NCBI RefSeq assembly: GCF_026571515.1
Contig: NW_026864155.1
Location: forward strand, 310,001-374,000
Reading direction: 5' to 3'
DNA length: 64,000 nt
DNA from: Ruditapes philippinarum
Taxonomy: Eukaryota
In this document: piece after piece, positions 25,901-37,300 of the stretch
Numbering within the stretch: the first letter of the stretch is position 1
Layout: each line of letters starts with the position of its first letter
Notes under the pieces: model-generated
What the model was told of the DNA's origin: nothing
Database searches by the model: none
Seen by the model: the letters and a program-made list of their open reading frames with translations, nothing else
Made by a program: the position numbers and the translations under genes

Positions 25901-28900
25901 TACTTTCAGATTTTACATGAAACTATTGAAATTCAAATGATTTATTTCACATGTTACAGTTTAACTAAGGTAGTAAAATATCAAGTGAGACATTTTAATA
26001 CATCACTCACAATGAAGAAATAAGTTTTAATCCATACAGTTAACCAAATTCTAACTGAAAGATAGACATCATTGTTTGGCTGGTATTCTAACCAAAATGT
26101 CAAATCATTGGATTTATGACGTCTTTGAATTTCCTAAAGAAACATCTGGAAATGTGACTGTGAGCACAGTGCAAATTGTGCCCTAAGGAGATAAATGGAA
26201 ACACTAAGTCACATTCAAATTCCATTACCCACATAAAGGTATGTTAAATTTTGTTTCACATATTTTGGTTAAACCATGTTTTAAAAAGTTTCAAACAATG
26301 TAGATAACTTCTTTACTTTGTATATTCTAGAGTTTATGTCAGATGCATATTACCATATTTTAATTATATGCAACAGTTATTTTGTAAGGTGATAGACAAT
26401 GTGCCTATATTATAATGGATACTGTTGTACCATTGAAGTGTTTGTAAAAAAACTGATAATTTCTTTGTAAAGTATATTGTCTCTTTTTGAATTCCCATAT
26501 AAAAATTTATTGTTTTCACACCTGTTTTAACACCTGTATACAGTATACTGTACAATTGACACTTTTAAAAATTTCTGTTGCAGAGAGTTCATTATGAAAC
26601 CTACACCAAGAAGGCTGAGGACCATCCCTGCATCATTGGCCCCTGTAGAGCGTTTGTTTAGTGTTACAGGCAAAATTTTCCGTCCTGATAGATGCAGTCT
26701 GACTGATAGACGGTTTCATGAACTTATGATGCTAAAGTGCAATGCTAAAATATGATAAAGTGATGTGACAGTAACTAAAAGTGTGTTAAAATGATGACTG
26801 TTGATGAGCTGGAAATCCTTTTTTTTTGTGTATATAATGTATATAATGTATATATTAAATAGCATTAAGAAACTTTTGTTTATAGTTATACATGGAATGT
26901 AATCAATTATCAATCAATTACTTTCTCAAAGTAATTGTAATTTAATTGATTACAGAGGCAAGTCTGAGTAATTAATTGTAATCAATTACAATAAAATCTG
27001 AAAGTAATTGTAATTAAATCAATTACTGATTAATGTAATCATCCCCAGGTCTGTTCCAGGAACAGTTTTTTGAGAGTTTATTTATAAGATTAAAGCTTCC
27101 TATACTAAAATAATTTTTTGGAAAAACTAAATCCTAACCTTGCACATTTTCTGTGGCCCCAGAGTTTTGCCAGATCAAGTGGGGTATGTCCCCTACAATC
27201 TTCTCCATCTATTTTAGCTCCATGATCAATTAACATCTTAAGACATTGTACATGTCCTTCACTAGCTGCCTGATGGAGCGGTGTTATACCATCATCATTA
27301 CCTCTGTAATCATACAATAATAAGTATTGTCCCTCATGAGATACAGATTAATTCATGCATTCTGAGTAAAAAATTTCTTTCAATTGGATTTTATTTTGGT
27401 TTAGTTTAAATAAAGAACACATGAATAAAGCATTGGACAGGTTTTCAATTTGTGACTTTCTGTTTGTTTGTTTTTCCATTTAACCTCTCTTTGAAGACCT
27501 TGACATAGCATTTTAAGATACACCATGATTGCATCCTGGGTGTTTTAGCCAAAGTGGATTCCAAATTAATATCTTCGTGTAGACATATTGCACATGCATG
27601 CTTTAGAAATTATGTTTATCCGACTGGTTATTATTTTGGTATATTAATTCAAATAAAGAACACTTCTTCATGAAAATCATTGCACATGCTTACAATTTTT
27701 CACACTTTGTTTATTTGTTTGATTGTTTTCCCATTTAACCTCTCTTTAGAGACCTTGACCTAGCATTTTAAGATACATCAGATGACTGCATCCTGGGTGT
27801 TTTATCCAGAGTGGATTGCAAAAGTCAATAGAAAATCTCACTTCTGGTGGAAGTCTAACCCACAACCTCATTATGAGTCAAATAAGTCCAATTTTCTACC
27901 CATATACAACTCCTTCACTTTAGATAATGAGCTCATTGAAATCAAAAGAACAAGAAACTAATTTGTCCTCTCTTGAAACACTATCCCTACCACTACATTC
28001 ACAGACTGTCCTGAACAGAATAGTCCTGAACAGAATAACCTTCTGCAAAACTTGGGTTAGATAAGAGCTGTCAGTAGGACAGCATCCTCGGCTATTGTCA
28101 GCTCTTGATAGTAAAACAACAGACTGGATAATGTAGATTTTTCTAATATTTTCTAAATTAATAATACATATAAGAGTTAAGGGAATTGGACAGCGTCACA
28201 TTTTGCTCTCAGATAAGTATGTGAAGTTTCAACCAATTCCCTTATGTAGTTCTGCAGATACCAACTTACACACAAAAACTTAACTAAAGAGTGATGCCAA
28301 TGCGGGAGAAGTACAATTGTTCGTATAGTCAAGCTAACAGTCAATAATAGTTAACTTACACAGAAGAATCTGCTTTTTTATCAAGGAGATATTGTAGACA
28401 TTGAATGGCCCTCTTTCCAGTTTGATTACTGATACATAGATGAATGGCCCGCCATCCAGTGCTGCTTGGTAAGTTGATGTCAAACTTGTACTTCTCAATC
28501 AGAAGCTTCAAACATTCTAATCTACCATGTATTGCTGATAGATGTAAAGCTGTTAGTCCCTGAAAGAAGCAAAATATTAGGTTAAGGTGTGGAAGTTCAA
28601 ACTATAATAGAATCTCAGACATCCTGAGAAGAAGAAAGCTATTGAAATGTTTATTTTAACAGTATATTAAATAAACATTTAATGACAAGGACAGTCATAA
28701 GCTTTAATAGCTTTCTGCCCCATCCCAAATTGTAGGGGTGTAACAATACAGCAAAAACCGTATTCCAATATATTGCCATTTTGCCAAAGCGTATTGCAAT
28801 ATATTGCAATACGTATTGTCGGGTATATGTTTTGATGAAAAGATGGAGTAACATTATATAATATTATTATATGTATATATTCTTAGTAGAAACTTAATAA

Positions 28901-31198
28901 AAATGTAAGGAATAAATAGAAAGTAGTGTCACACAATTTAATAAACAAAACTAGTCGCGTGTAACCTTTCACATCTGGGTTATGCTGCCGCTTATTGACT
29001 TTTAAGTGTACTAGTTGTTGGATATTTTTATCTTACGTTGGCGCCAATTAATGATTTTATGAGCAATTTGTACAAAATTAGAAGGCAATTAATTGAAAAT
29101 TATGATTTTTATAAAATACCGGTTCTCAAAAAATCATACTGCGGTACGAAATTTATTTTTTCATATTGCAATATATCGGTATGCCGGTAAACCGTTACAC
29201 CCTTACCAAATTGTATTATATATAAATTTTGTAAATATTATTCACATATAAATGTGATGTTGAATAAATATGTTTAAACCAAACCATTTTATGCCTTCAC
29301 TGAATTTTTGTTTGTTTTTTGTTTGTATAAGAAGTTCTTTTTTTTTTGAAGAACCAACCAAATAGGAAAGTTAAAGAATTACTGCAATTATAACCATGGC
29401 AAGTGACCCATACAATGACACTGCAGGAGAACTTAATCTGTTAACTTGTATAACTGGATCATATGTGTGGCCGAGTAGTTAACACGTCAGACAAGTAATC
29501 TAAGGATTGCTGGCCAAATTTATTCAAACCCCAACAGGCAAACTGATATTTTGTTGAGCAAGAAACTTTCCACTTATTGCTATTGAAGTTTTGGTTAGTT
29601 CCAGGAACAGATTCGCAAGAGTTTTGATCAATAAACTTATAGCTTCCAAGACAATCAAATTATAATAAATTCATAATTAATTGAATCATATCTATAATGC
29701 AACTCCTTGGCATTTAATTCCACAAGTATATCATTTTCCTGAATAAATTCCCATTGACATTCAGGAAAAGTTCACTAAAACTAATTATATTACAAAAATT
29801 TACAATTTGGTACAAAATTTTGGTGTATTATATTCTACATATTTATTTTGTATTTTACAAGATTCTTCTGAGAGATTTTATATGAAAGTTTATCCATCAC
29901 AGCATAACATAGTACATTTAAGACCCAATGTCATCTGTAGCAATAATGGGTTGTAAAGGTACTTTTCTTATGTCGAGCATAATAACTCACCCATATACCA
30001 ACTCAGCACATGTCAACAGACTGGCCACCATAAATCAATAATACTATAAAATATAGAGTGAACAGATTTGACTTTGTGACAGAGTTTTAGGGCAGTGGCT
30101 GTGCTGGCCCAAATTCCTTTTTATTCACAATTCACTTTTTACCGTAATTTGTAATTATGCACCAGTAAATTCATATTGTAACTGAAATCACACTAAAAAT
30201 GAAACAGGATATAGAGTGGCAGCTTGGCCAAGTGGTTAACGCGTTGGACTAGTAATCTTAGGATTGCTGACCGCATTGTTCAACCCCTGTCAGCAGCAAA
30301 GCCGTAGTTTCCTTGAACAAGAAATTTTACATTCATTACTTAGTACTGATTGGTTCCAGGAACGGATTTGAGAGTGTTTCAATTAAAGCTTTCAACACAA
30401 TCAAACTAAAATAAATGTGTATTAACTAAACAGGATATAATTGTCATGCAGTGTGTGGCTTCAAGTTTTGACATAACCATTTGATTGGTCCAAGGAACTG
30501 AATTTTACATTCATATGGTGGTCCCAATTAAGTCAAAGTACATTGTAACTTTTTAAGTATTGAACTAGTCTCTTTTCTCGTGTGGTTCAATTAACTCACA
30601 AGTCAACAGTAAGTTAGTAACATATTCACAAAAAGATTAAAAGGGATTATTTCCAACTCAGTGGGTAAAGTACAGCGTCAGTTAACGATAGTTCATCTGA
30701 TTGTTCTGCAGGATGTGTGCAGGTCACCTGCATTAGGAAATTGGTTATCTCAATATTCAACTGCAAGACCGACAGACTTTACAAACTCGTATTACACAGA
30801 TGTCAATCTTTACACAAAGCATTGAGCATCGTCTATATATTAAAAAGAAATTGCACACAATTTGTATGTACATGTAGGAAATAGGATACTCAACAGTCAG
30901 TCACTGCTATGGATGGGGGAGGGAGCATGATTGACTGGGCATATGTCATTTCTTTGGATTTTCATATAGTATTGGCATGTATTTAAATGTATCAAATTAC
31001 ATTTTTGTCATAATTAATCTGCCCATGCTCAAGTTTTTGGTCTCTCAAACTCTGCCTTAGCCACTCAACATCGCCGATTGCGGCGGCCATGAATTCGTCA
31101 TCTTGTATTTTCTTGTCATTTCCCACGCGTGTCCGGCGTCTCCGATAAGGTCGTGCAGACCCAGAAGCGCCTGTCTGTGTCTGAGTTTCAAGGGACAT
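19990..31198 (-). CDS. ANKRD53: Ankyrin repeat domain-containing protein 53, 568 aa
   Basis: Exons 31198-31001, 28559-28360, 27303-27139, 22272-22096 and 20956-19990 (1707 nt), all GT-AG and phase-consistent. Translation includes AAAIGDVEWLRQSL...GLTALHLSAIHGRLECLKLLIEKYKFDINL...GITPLHQAASEGHVQCLKMLI...LAKLWGHRKCARIIAAEMWQQGKDNIAKEM. This matches recalled ANKRD53 motifs (AAAVGNVEWL, EYKFPVDL, WNHRACARFLKDAMW). Long low-complexity C-terminal exon. Confidence 0.88.
22620..23439. repeat. ~27-bp satellite (ATGACGCAATTTCTAAAAATAGAAAAA)
   Basis: About 30 tandem units running into the gap. Confidence 0.95.
23440..23875. other. Assembly gap (436 N)
   Basis: Run of N. Confidence 1.
25582..27105 (+). 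mobile_element. tRNA-derived SINE split by a hAT insertion
   Basis: 5' part 25582-25726 and 3' part 27054-~27105 are collinear with the intact copy at 30214-30427. Confidence 0.75.
25727..27053 (+). mobile_element. Non-autonomous hAT transposon (internal deletion derivative) with transposase remnants
   Basis: TIR CAGACCTGGGG/CCCCAGGTCTG and 8-bp TSD TTCCAGGA (25719-25726, 27054-27061). Subterminal GATTAC/GTAATC arrays. BED-finger remnant at 26097-26238 plus 26584 onward (W..F...AQCKLC...SNF..HIK|RVH). hATC remnant at 26621-26755 (PASLAPVERLFSVTGKIFRPDRCSLTDRRFHELMMLKCN). Confidence 0.9.
27390..27820. repeat. Degenerate direct duplication (~240-bp period)
   Basis: TTATTTTGGT...TAAAGAACAC...CCATTTAACCTCTCTTT...GCATCCTGGGTGTTTTA..AGTGGATT occurs twice. 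Confidence 0.7.
28733..29205. mobile_element. hAT-type MITE
   Basis: TIR TAGGGGTGTAAC/GTTACACCCTTA and 8-bp TSD CCAAATTG (28725-28732, 29206-29213). Confidence 0.85.
29465..29670 (+). mobile_element. Degenerate tRNA-derived SINE
   Basis: Similar to 30214-30427. Confidence 0.7.
30214..30427 (+). mobile_element. tRNA-derived SINE with 12-bp TSD
   Basis: A-box-like TGGCCAAGTGG and degenerate B box. TSD AAACAGGATATA at 30202-30213 and 30428-30439. Confidence 0.8.
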
Positions 31199-31239
31199 GA
31201 TAACTTATAAATTTTTAAAAAAAGAGAAAATTTTATCCC

Positions 31240-31261
31240 GTTTCCATGTTGAACGTAAACA
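31240..31261. promoter_or_regulatory. Candidate RFX X-box-like plus forkhead site near the ANKRD53 start
   Basis: GTTTCCATGTTGAAC directly followed by GTAAACA, ~40-60 nt upstream of the ATG. Motif match only. Confidence 0.4.
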
Positions 31262-31569
31262 AAAGGTGTGCTTGATTTACAATTTCGGTTAATGGAATCT
31301 GTTTTTTAATCGAACCAAAAGGTACTTGTTTTTGTTTTTTTTTTGTTGTTTTTTTTTTTGGTAGTGTGAAACAAAAACGAAACACAAGTTGTTTTTTTTT
31401 TTATTGAAAAGATATATTTATTTTTCTTCAATTTGTTATAAAAGTAGTTTTATAGTAACACCAAATCACCCAACAAGGGTCATTATCTTTAGAGCGTTAG
31501 AGAAGCACACTAAATACTGTATTCCGGTATATAGCGGACAAGGCATACTGCTTTAAAATCGTTTAGATC

Positions 31570-31852
31570 ACACTAAGCAGGTATACATTGTATACATTAA
31601 AGAGACAGCTATGAGATACAAGGGAATCTGGGCTCTTTTTGAATAGCCCACTTGGTTCTTTTACATGCCCAGTGTAAAGCACTGGTACCATTACATGCGA
31701 GGATTACCTTGATTTCTTACCAGTACACCTCTAGGTAGGTAGGAAACGCTGAAAGTGTCTCTAAGAAAATCGCAAGGGTGTAACCCAGGATCGAACCTGG
31801 GACCTCAGGAGTGATACTTAGTGGTTTAACCAACCGAGCTATATCGCGCCAC
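31570..31852 (-). mobile_element. tRNA-derived SINE inserted in a dispersed repeat
   Basis: Minus strand reads GGCGCGATATAGCTCGGTTGG (A box) ... GGTTCGATCC (B box). Its flanks (31504-31550, 31863-31915) match the uninterrupted copy at 22326-22455. Left boundary approximate. Confidence 0.65.
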
Positions 31853-32899
31853 CTATGGAATACGAAAAGCTCGCATTTTCACCTAAGATGTCTAAATGAT
31901 CTCTTCACACCAACTTATACGAGAATGAATGAAAACTTGTGCTCCAACATTATTGTGAGTTAAAACCAAATTTTATTGGTACTCAGTGCAATGATCCTTT
32001 GACGAGATAAAATTATACAGAATGATATGCATGTAGTACCTGTTATTCTTTTATAAAATGTATTGATTATTTTGTCATTCGTGAAATATTATGATTTTTT
32101 ATTTACCCAAATTAATAAGGATTAAAGGAAGCACCAAAAGTGATGGGTAAGGCCTAATTAATAGGAGAATCTGGTGAACTCTAAAAGTATTTTATACAGT
32201 AGGTCAACAATTTCATGTAACATTTTTAAAAAAGTTTTTATTTATCATTTTTGAAGCTAGATCTTAGATAAAGCTTGTCTGATGAACTGACTGGCAAAGT
32301 TGTTACATTGTATATTTGTAACTTTTCTTACCGTCATTTGTTGTTTTCAATTTAACCTTCAAAATCATCTAACCATTTTAAGAACAACCAAGTTTGTCAA
32401 AGTTTGACTGACTAAAAAGTGACAGATAATATGACAATAGTTACAAATGAAGAAACTAATGTTTTGAATAAAATTATTCTCGTATTTACAGAAAAAAAAT
32501 GAATTAACGATATAAGATGATTTGCTGCTTTTGAACAAGTTCTTGATGCTCGAGACTTAAACTGGAATATACATTCTATCAGCATCAACATCTATTTATT
32601 CTGTAGTTTTACAAATGTATACCAAGTTTTAAACTCTTCATAAGTGTCCTTTTGAACCAATGGGGATAGTTTGACACTCTTGGTGGTCTGTTTACATTGA
32701 TTAGATTTTAATCAAACCATCGGTTAAAACTTAAAAAAGACTTCGTTTTTTCAATCGTTTGAAAACTTGTCATATAGTGGAAGCTGACTTGTAATACTTA
32801 GCTTGACTTTTTGTTTTCATTTCAATAGATTACTATAAGCATCAATACATATGGCACATAAATTTAGGATAAGGCCATATAAGGCCATTTTAGGTAAGC

Positions 32900-33660
32900 A
32901 ATTATCTTTGGAGCGATAAGCTCTCCCAGTGATGCTGCAAAGTTATAGAAGGACTTAGTCAGTTTGTCGTTGTTGATGCGGAAATGGAAGATGCCTTTTA
33001 ACATTGAGAAATTTTATGCCATGTCATATATATTATTGGCCGCATAAACCTTTAAAAACCCAATATACTCTTAGTCTAAATAATCAACCTTTTCAGATTG
33101 AAAACAAAATTATTTATTTAGGAGATAAAGTCACTACATATCTCTCCTGGTCAACACATAAGAATAAAGTAACAACGAAAGCTAGTCAAACTTTAAATTT
33201 AATAGGGTCCTCAAATCTTCATTCAGTTCGTAAGACCAACTCTAGAATAATATTCTCATGTGCGGAACCATCATCAGAAGAAAGATATTGATAAAGTTAA
33301 ATCAGGTAAAACAGCCAGGCGTTGCCAGTTTAGCAACAAAAACAATTATTCTAAATTTACACGGAGTGTGACCAATTTCCTGTCATCATTAAAGTTGCAA
33401 TCCCTAGAAAGGAGGCGCAAAACGTATGTTAACAGATAGGTTATGTTCTACAAAATAGGTAGTCAATAATGTTGTAGTAGGAGATATGAATCAAGACTTA
33501 CAGTCATACACCAGACTTTTTAAGGCTTTACCACAATCAAGCCTACCATCTTTTTTCATCAAATACATGTAACAATAGAAGTATTCATTTCTTTCCATAT
33601 TTTAAGTCTGCAGTCAACGCTGACAGTCACTGGATTCAAATCAGCGCTGGCTACATGCAC
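32900..33660 (+). mobile_element. Decayed non-LTR retrotransposon (CR1/L2-group) ORF2 3' fragment
   Basis: Broken peptides SPSDAAKL*KDL...RKWKMPFNIEK, IIYLGDKVTTYLSWSTHKNKVTTKASQTLNLI and LKLQSLERRRK are typical of the post-RT region. Confidence 0.75.
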
Positions 33661-34205
33661 TTTGACAACTCCCTAAGTATATTTTTCATGTTTTTAAAGT
33701 ACCAACTGTCATTTATCTTGACGAAAACCATGAACATAATTATTGAAGACTATTTACAGGTTTCTTTTTTTAAGGTGTTTTGGTTTTGCATCTTTTTTAT
33801 CCTTCACGTCCTATGCCATATCGGGTGGACTGAGAAGCTTTAGAGGTCCAGTACACTATCACTATTTCTAACACCTTGCATTGTTTTTTATATTCAATAA
33901 ATGATTGTAGCCATTACTACAGAAGGGTGCAAAGAAGAGTTAATAACGCTTTGCTTTTGGGAAACGACGTAATACAGTACTGTAATTCTTAACAAAATCA
34001 ATACATATCTATATATTGTGGACTTCACAAACTGTTGTCGAACTAACAGGGTTAAGAATGGGGTGATTTATGCATTAAAATATAAATGATAATCTTAAAA
34101 AAATAAACGTAATCACTGAGGGTAAAACGGGCACCTGTTGTTTTGTCCGGTTTCATAACGGCATGCAATGGGCTTAATCAAAGCTTTGGAATTGTGGGAA
34201 GCCTC

Positions 34206-34221
34206 GTTACCGAGATAAACA
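34206..34221. promoter_or_regulatory. Candidate X-box-like plus forkhead site near the SPEF1 start
   Basis: GTTACCGAGATAAAC overlapping ATAAACA, ~130-145 nt upstream of the ATG. Motif match only. Confidence 0.4.
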
Positions 34222-34351
34222 AATGTCCGATCCTCTGCACGACGAAAAATAATATTTTTGTTTTATTCCCACATTTTGGACTTATTATAACACTTACAGT
34301 TACAATAAGTGTCATATTTTTTTATGAACTAGTTCCTTATCAAAAACAGTC

Positions 34352-37300
34352 ATGACTTCCAAAACAAAAGGAGGAAAAACATCGACTCCTTCGGAGCATG
34401 ATAAAATGGAGGAAAAGCTCGATGAACAAGAACTGGAATCATTATATGCATGGGTGGATAGTATTCCACTTTCAAGACCAAAACGAAATATTAGCAGGGA
34501 TTTTTCTGACGGAGGTAAATTTATCTTCATATGTATATTTTTCATGATTTTGTGTGAAAAAGAATTATAAAATTTAATATGAAAAAGGCAAAGCCTCAAA
34601 GCGAGCTCGATGTACTTTTTACGTGAAATAGTATGAAATAATCGCTTATTTTTATTTCAAATGCAGTAACGAGTGCGTGTGACGTCACACGTACTGTGTT
34701 AAATATGGCCCCGCCCCTGTCGTGAAATGAATAACGAGTTTTGAAAACGTTGATAAAACTTTGTTTATTTTATTTCACTCTATAATTTTTCAAGCGAAAT
34801 AAAGATTATTTAAAGTGAAATAAATGTAAAACTGAAAACGTTTGCGACATTAAAATAGCGTACTTGATTTGTTTGTTTTGCACGTGCTGTTTGGCGCTAC
34901 ATTGTGACGTCATGTAAACAATACTTTCAACGTCTGTACAGCGTTAACGACTGAATAAAAGATATTGGTGTTCGGATTCATTTTCTTAGTTAGACCATTT
35001 TCTTTCATTCTAGATAGTTTTCACAATAAAATTCGACAAAAAAATTGTTTTTATTTATCAGATTTCAAACAAAATGGCGCCTTCATTTTTCATTTTTTAT
35101 ACACAGCTTCCGTTATTCTGGTTCCCTGCCCAATTATGGTTCCCATAGATGGCGCGGGTGACCAGTCTACACATCCGTTTTCAGTCAGAATTCCTCAGTT
35201 TTTATCGTTATCTTTAAATTCGAAAGGTTGCGATGTGTCCAATTCGGTACTTTGGACGAAAGTTTTCAAAACCATCACTTAACCAGGTACTCGCGTTACC
35301 GTAAAGCTCGCTTTGCGAGCAGGCCCTTCGGGCCAGCTCGTCGAGCTCGCTATAAAGAAATCTAGATTTTGTTATTGAAATGGTCATAAGGCTGAACATT
35401 CTAGATATCTTAATATTAGACTGGTGTTTTCATAAATTTTAAACATGCTCGAAATTTCATCTGCCATAAGGTGTCACCCCATGTGCTCCAAAATGACATA
35501 GTCTGGAAATGACATTAATTTCCTAAATGACATTATTTTCCTTTAGAAATTAATTTACTAAGGTTAACCATTTAAAAATGATAGAATATGGTGTAGAAAA
35601 TGCAAAAAAGTATCTGACATTTGTTTGAAGTTGAGATTGGAATATCCATCCCTTTGGTATCCTGACGTTTGTGGCAACTTGGCAAGCCATGTTATGGGTG
35701 GGTACCAACCATACCATTGTGACATATATTCAGATCCGATCTGCAACACATGATAGATCTGTGTCATTTGTTCATTTGATTGGCTGATGTGTCCAACATT
35801 CAATTTTAATTTATGATACACATAATTATTCTATTTATATAGATACATATTAATTGAAATTCTAAAATTTTGAAATAAGACAGAAAAGCTTCTGAAAATC
35901 TAAATTAACTAAGAAAGACTTTAATGTCAAAATATTTCTTATTCAATAAAACGTGAACTTTGAAAAATAAAAATGTGGCCATGTAGTAGTGATCCTGTTC
36001 ATGATTGACATGACATTTTCTTTGAAATCAGAATTTACAAGCACAATTACTTGTATATAAATGGCTCATTTTATGTTTTTGACAAATGCATTAATAGGTA
36101 TTGACAAAAACATAAATATGACTGTGGTATTGGCATAGGTAATAAGTTAAACCACTTGATTATAGGTCAAGTTTATTTTTGTTTTATTGGAATAGTGATG
36201 GTGCTAGAGATTATAAAGCATTTTACGAAAGAAAAATATACAGGAATGGTATTACCATCTGCAAATAAATTTGAACTTAAAAAGGACAACTGGAAAGAAT
36301 TAAACAGGTATTATATGTATTGACTGTAAGAGTACCATTACAGTCATGGTACTTCAGGTAAAAATCTCCTGATGTTGGAATGAACAATAATTGAACTGTT
36401 CACTTTATAAAATCTGGGTAAATATTAAGATATTCATATATGTCTTTAAATCATCAACTGTAAAATAAAATGATTATTAAAGATCATTGACCTTTATTTT
36501 AGCACTAAGTTTTGGATGAAAAGATCATGAAAATGAAAGAGATAAATACATTGTATATGATATAATGCTCAGATTTTATTTATATGCAACAGTAATGCAT
36601 GGTTTGGCAAAACTTAAAATTTTTAATGTAACTTAAAGGTCTATTCAATCTCCTGAAACCATGGAGATGATGTAAACCTCATACTGAGAGTTAAGCTTTT
36701 AAAAAAAACTTGGTGTTTTGATTGGAAAAAAATAATCATTCAGAATTAATGCTTTAGTGTTTTTTAATAGCATCTGCTGCATGGAACTAAGTTTTGTTTC
36801 AACTATGCATTACTTACATTCAAACAAACAAACTTATAATGCAAGAGAAAGGTTTTACTTGAATGGATTTTTATTAAAATATTTGTCAGTTATGGTTCAT
36901 TTCAATATAGTTTCTGCCTATGAAGTTCTTTGCCAGTTTTTTGAACCCCATTGCTAATCTATTTATAGCATAATAAAAAAATTGCAGTTGAAAAAAATAA
37001 CTGGTGGTTGCATTATATATTTTATTTCATCTATTCTGTCTCGATAAATTCATTCTTTTAATGGCTATAAAATCATCTCATTCGTATATATGTACTCATC
37101 CCATACAATGTCTCAAGTATAACATTGACTTTACCATAAAATAATTTTGAGAATTGCTACTGGGATTATTGTCAACAAACTTTTACAGTCCTTTGAACTT
37201 GATCTTCATAAGACTTAAAGCTTAAGTGGATGAGTACATATAGTAGTATATATATATATATATATATATATATTTTAGAGTAGAAAAACTCTGCTATAAA

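Noticed and set aside
31775-31852. tRNA gene (also 50823-50900 and 57985-58045)
   Set aside because: A and B boxes are present but there is no complete cloverleaf, and each is followed by a SINE body and tail.
34679-34920. CRE palindromes (TGACGTCA) in SPEF1 intron 1 as CREM sites
   Set aside because: They lie inside a probable mobile element and cannot be distinguished from TE-borne sequence.
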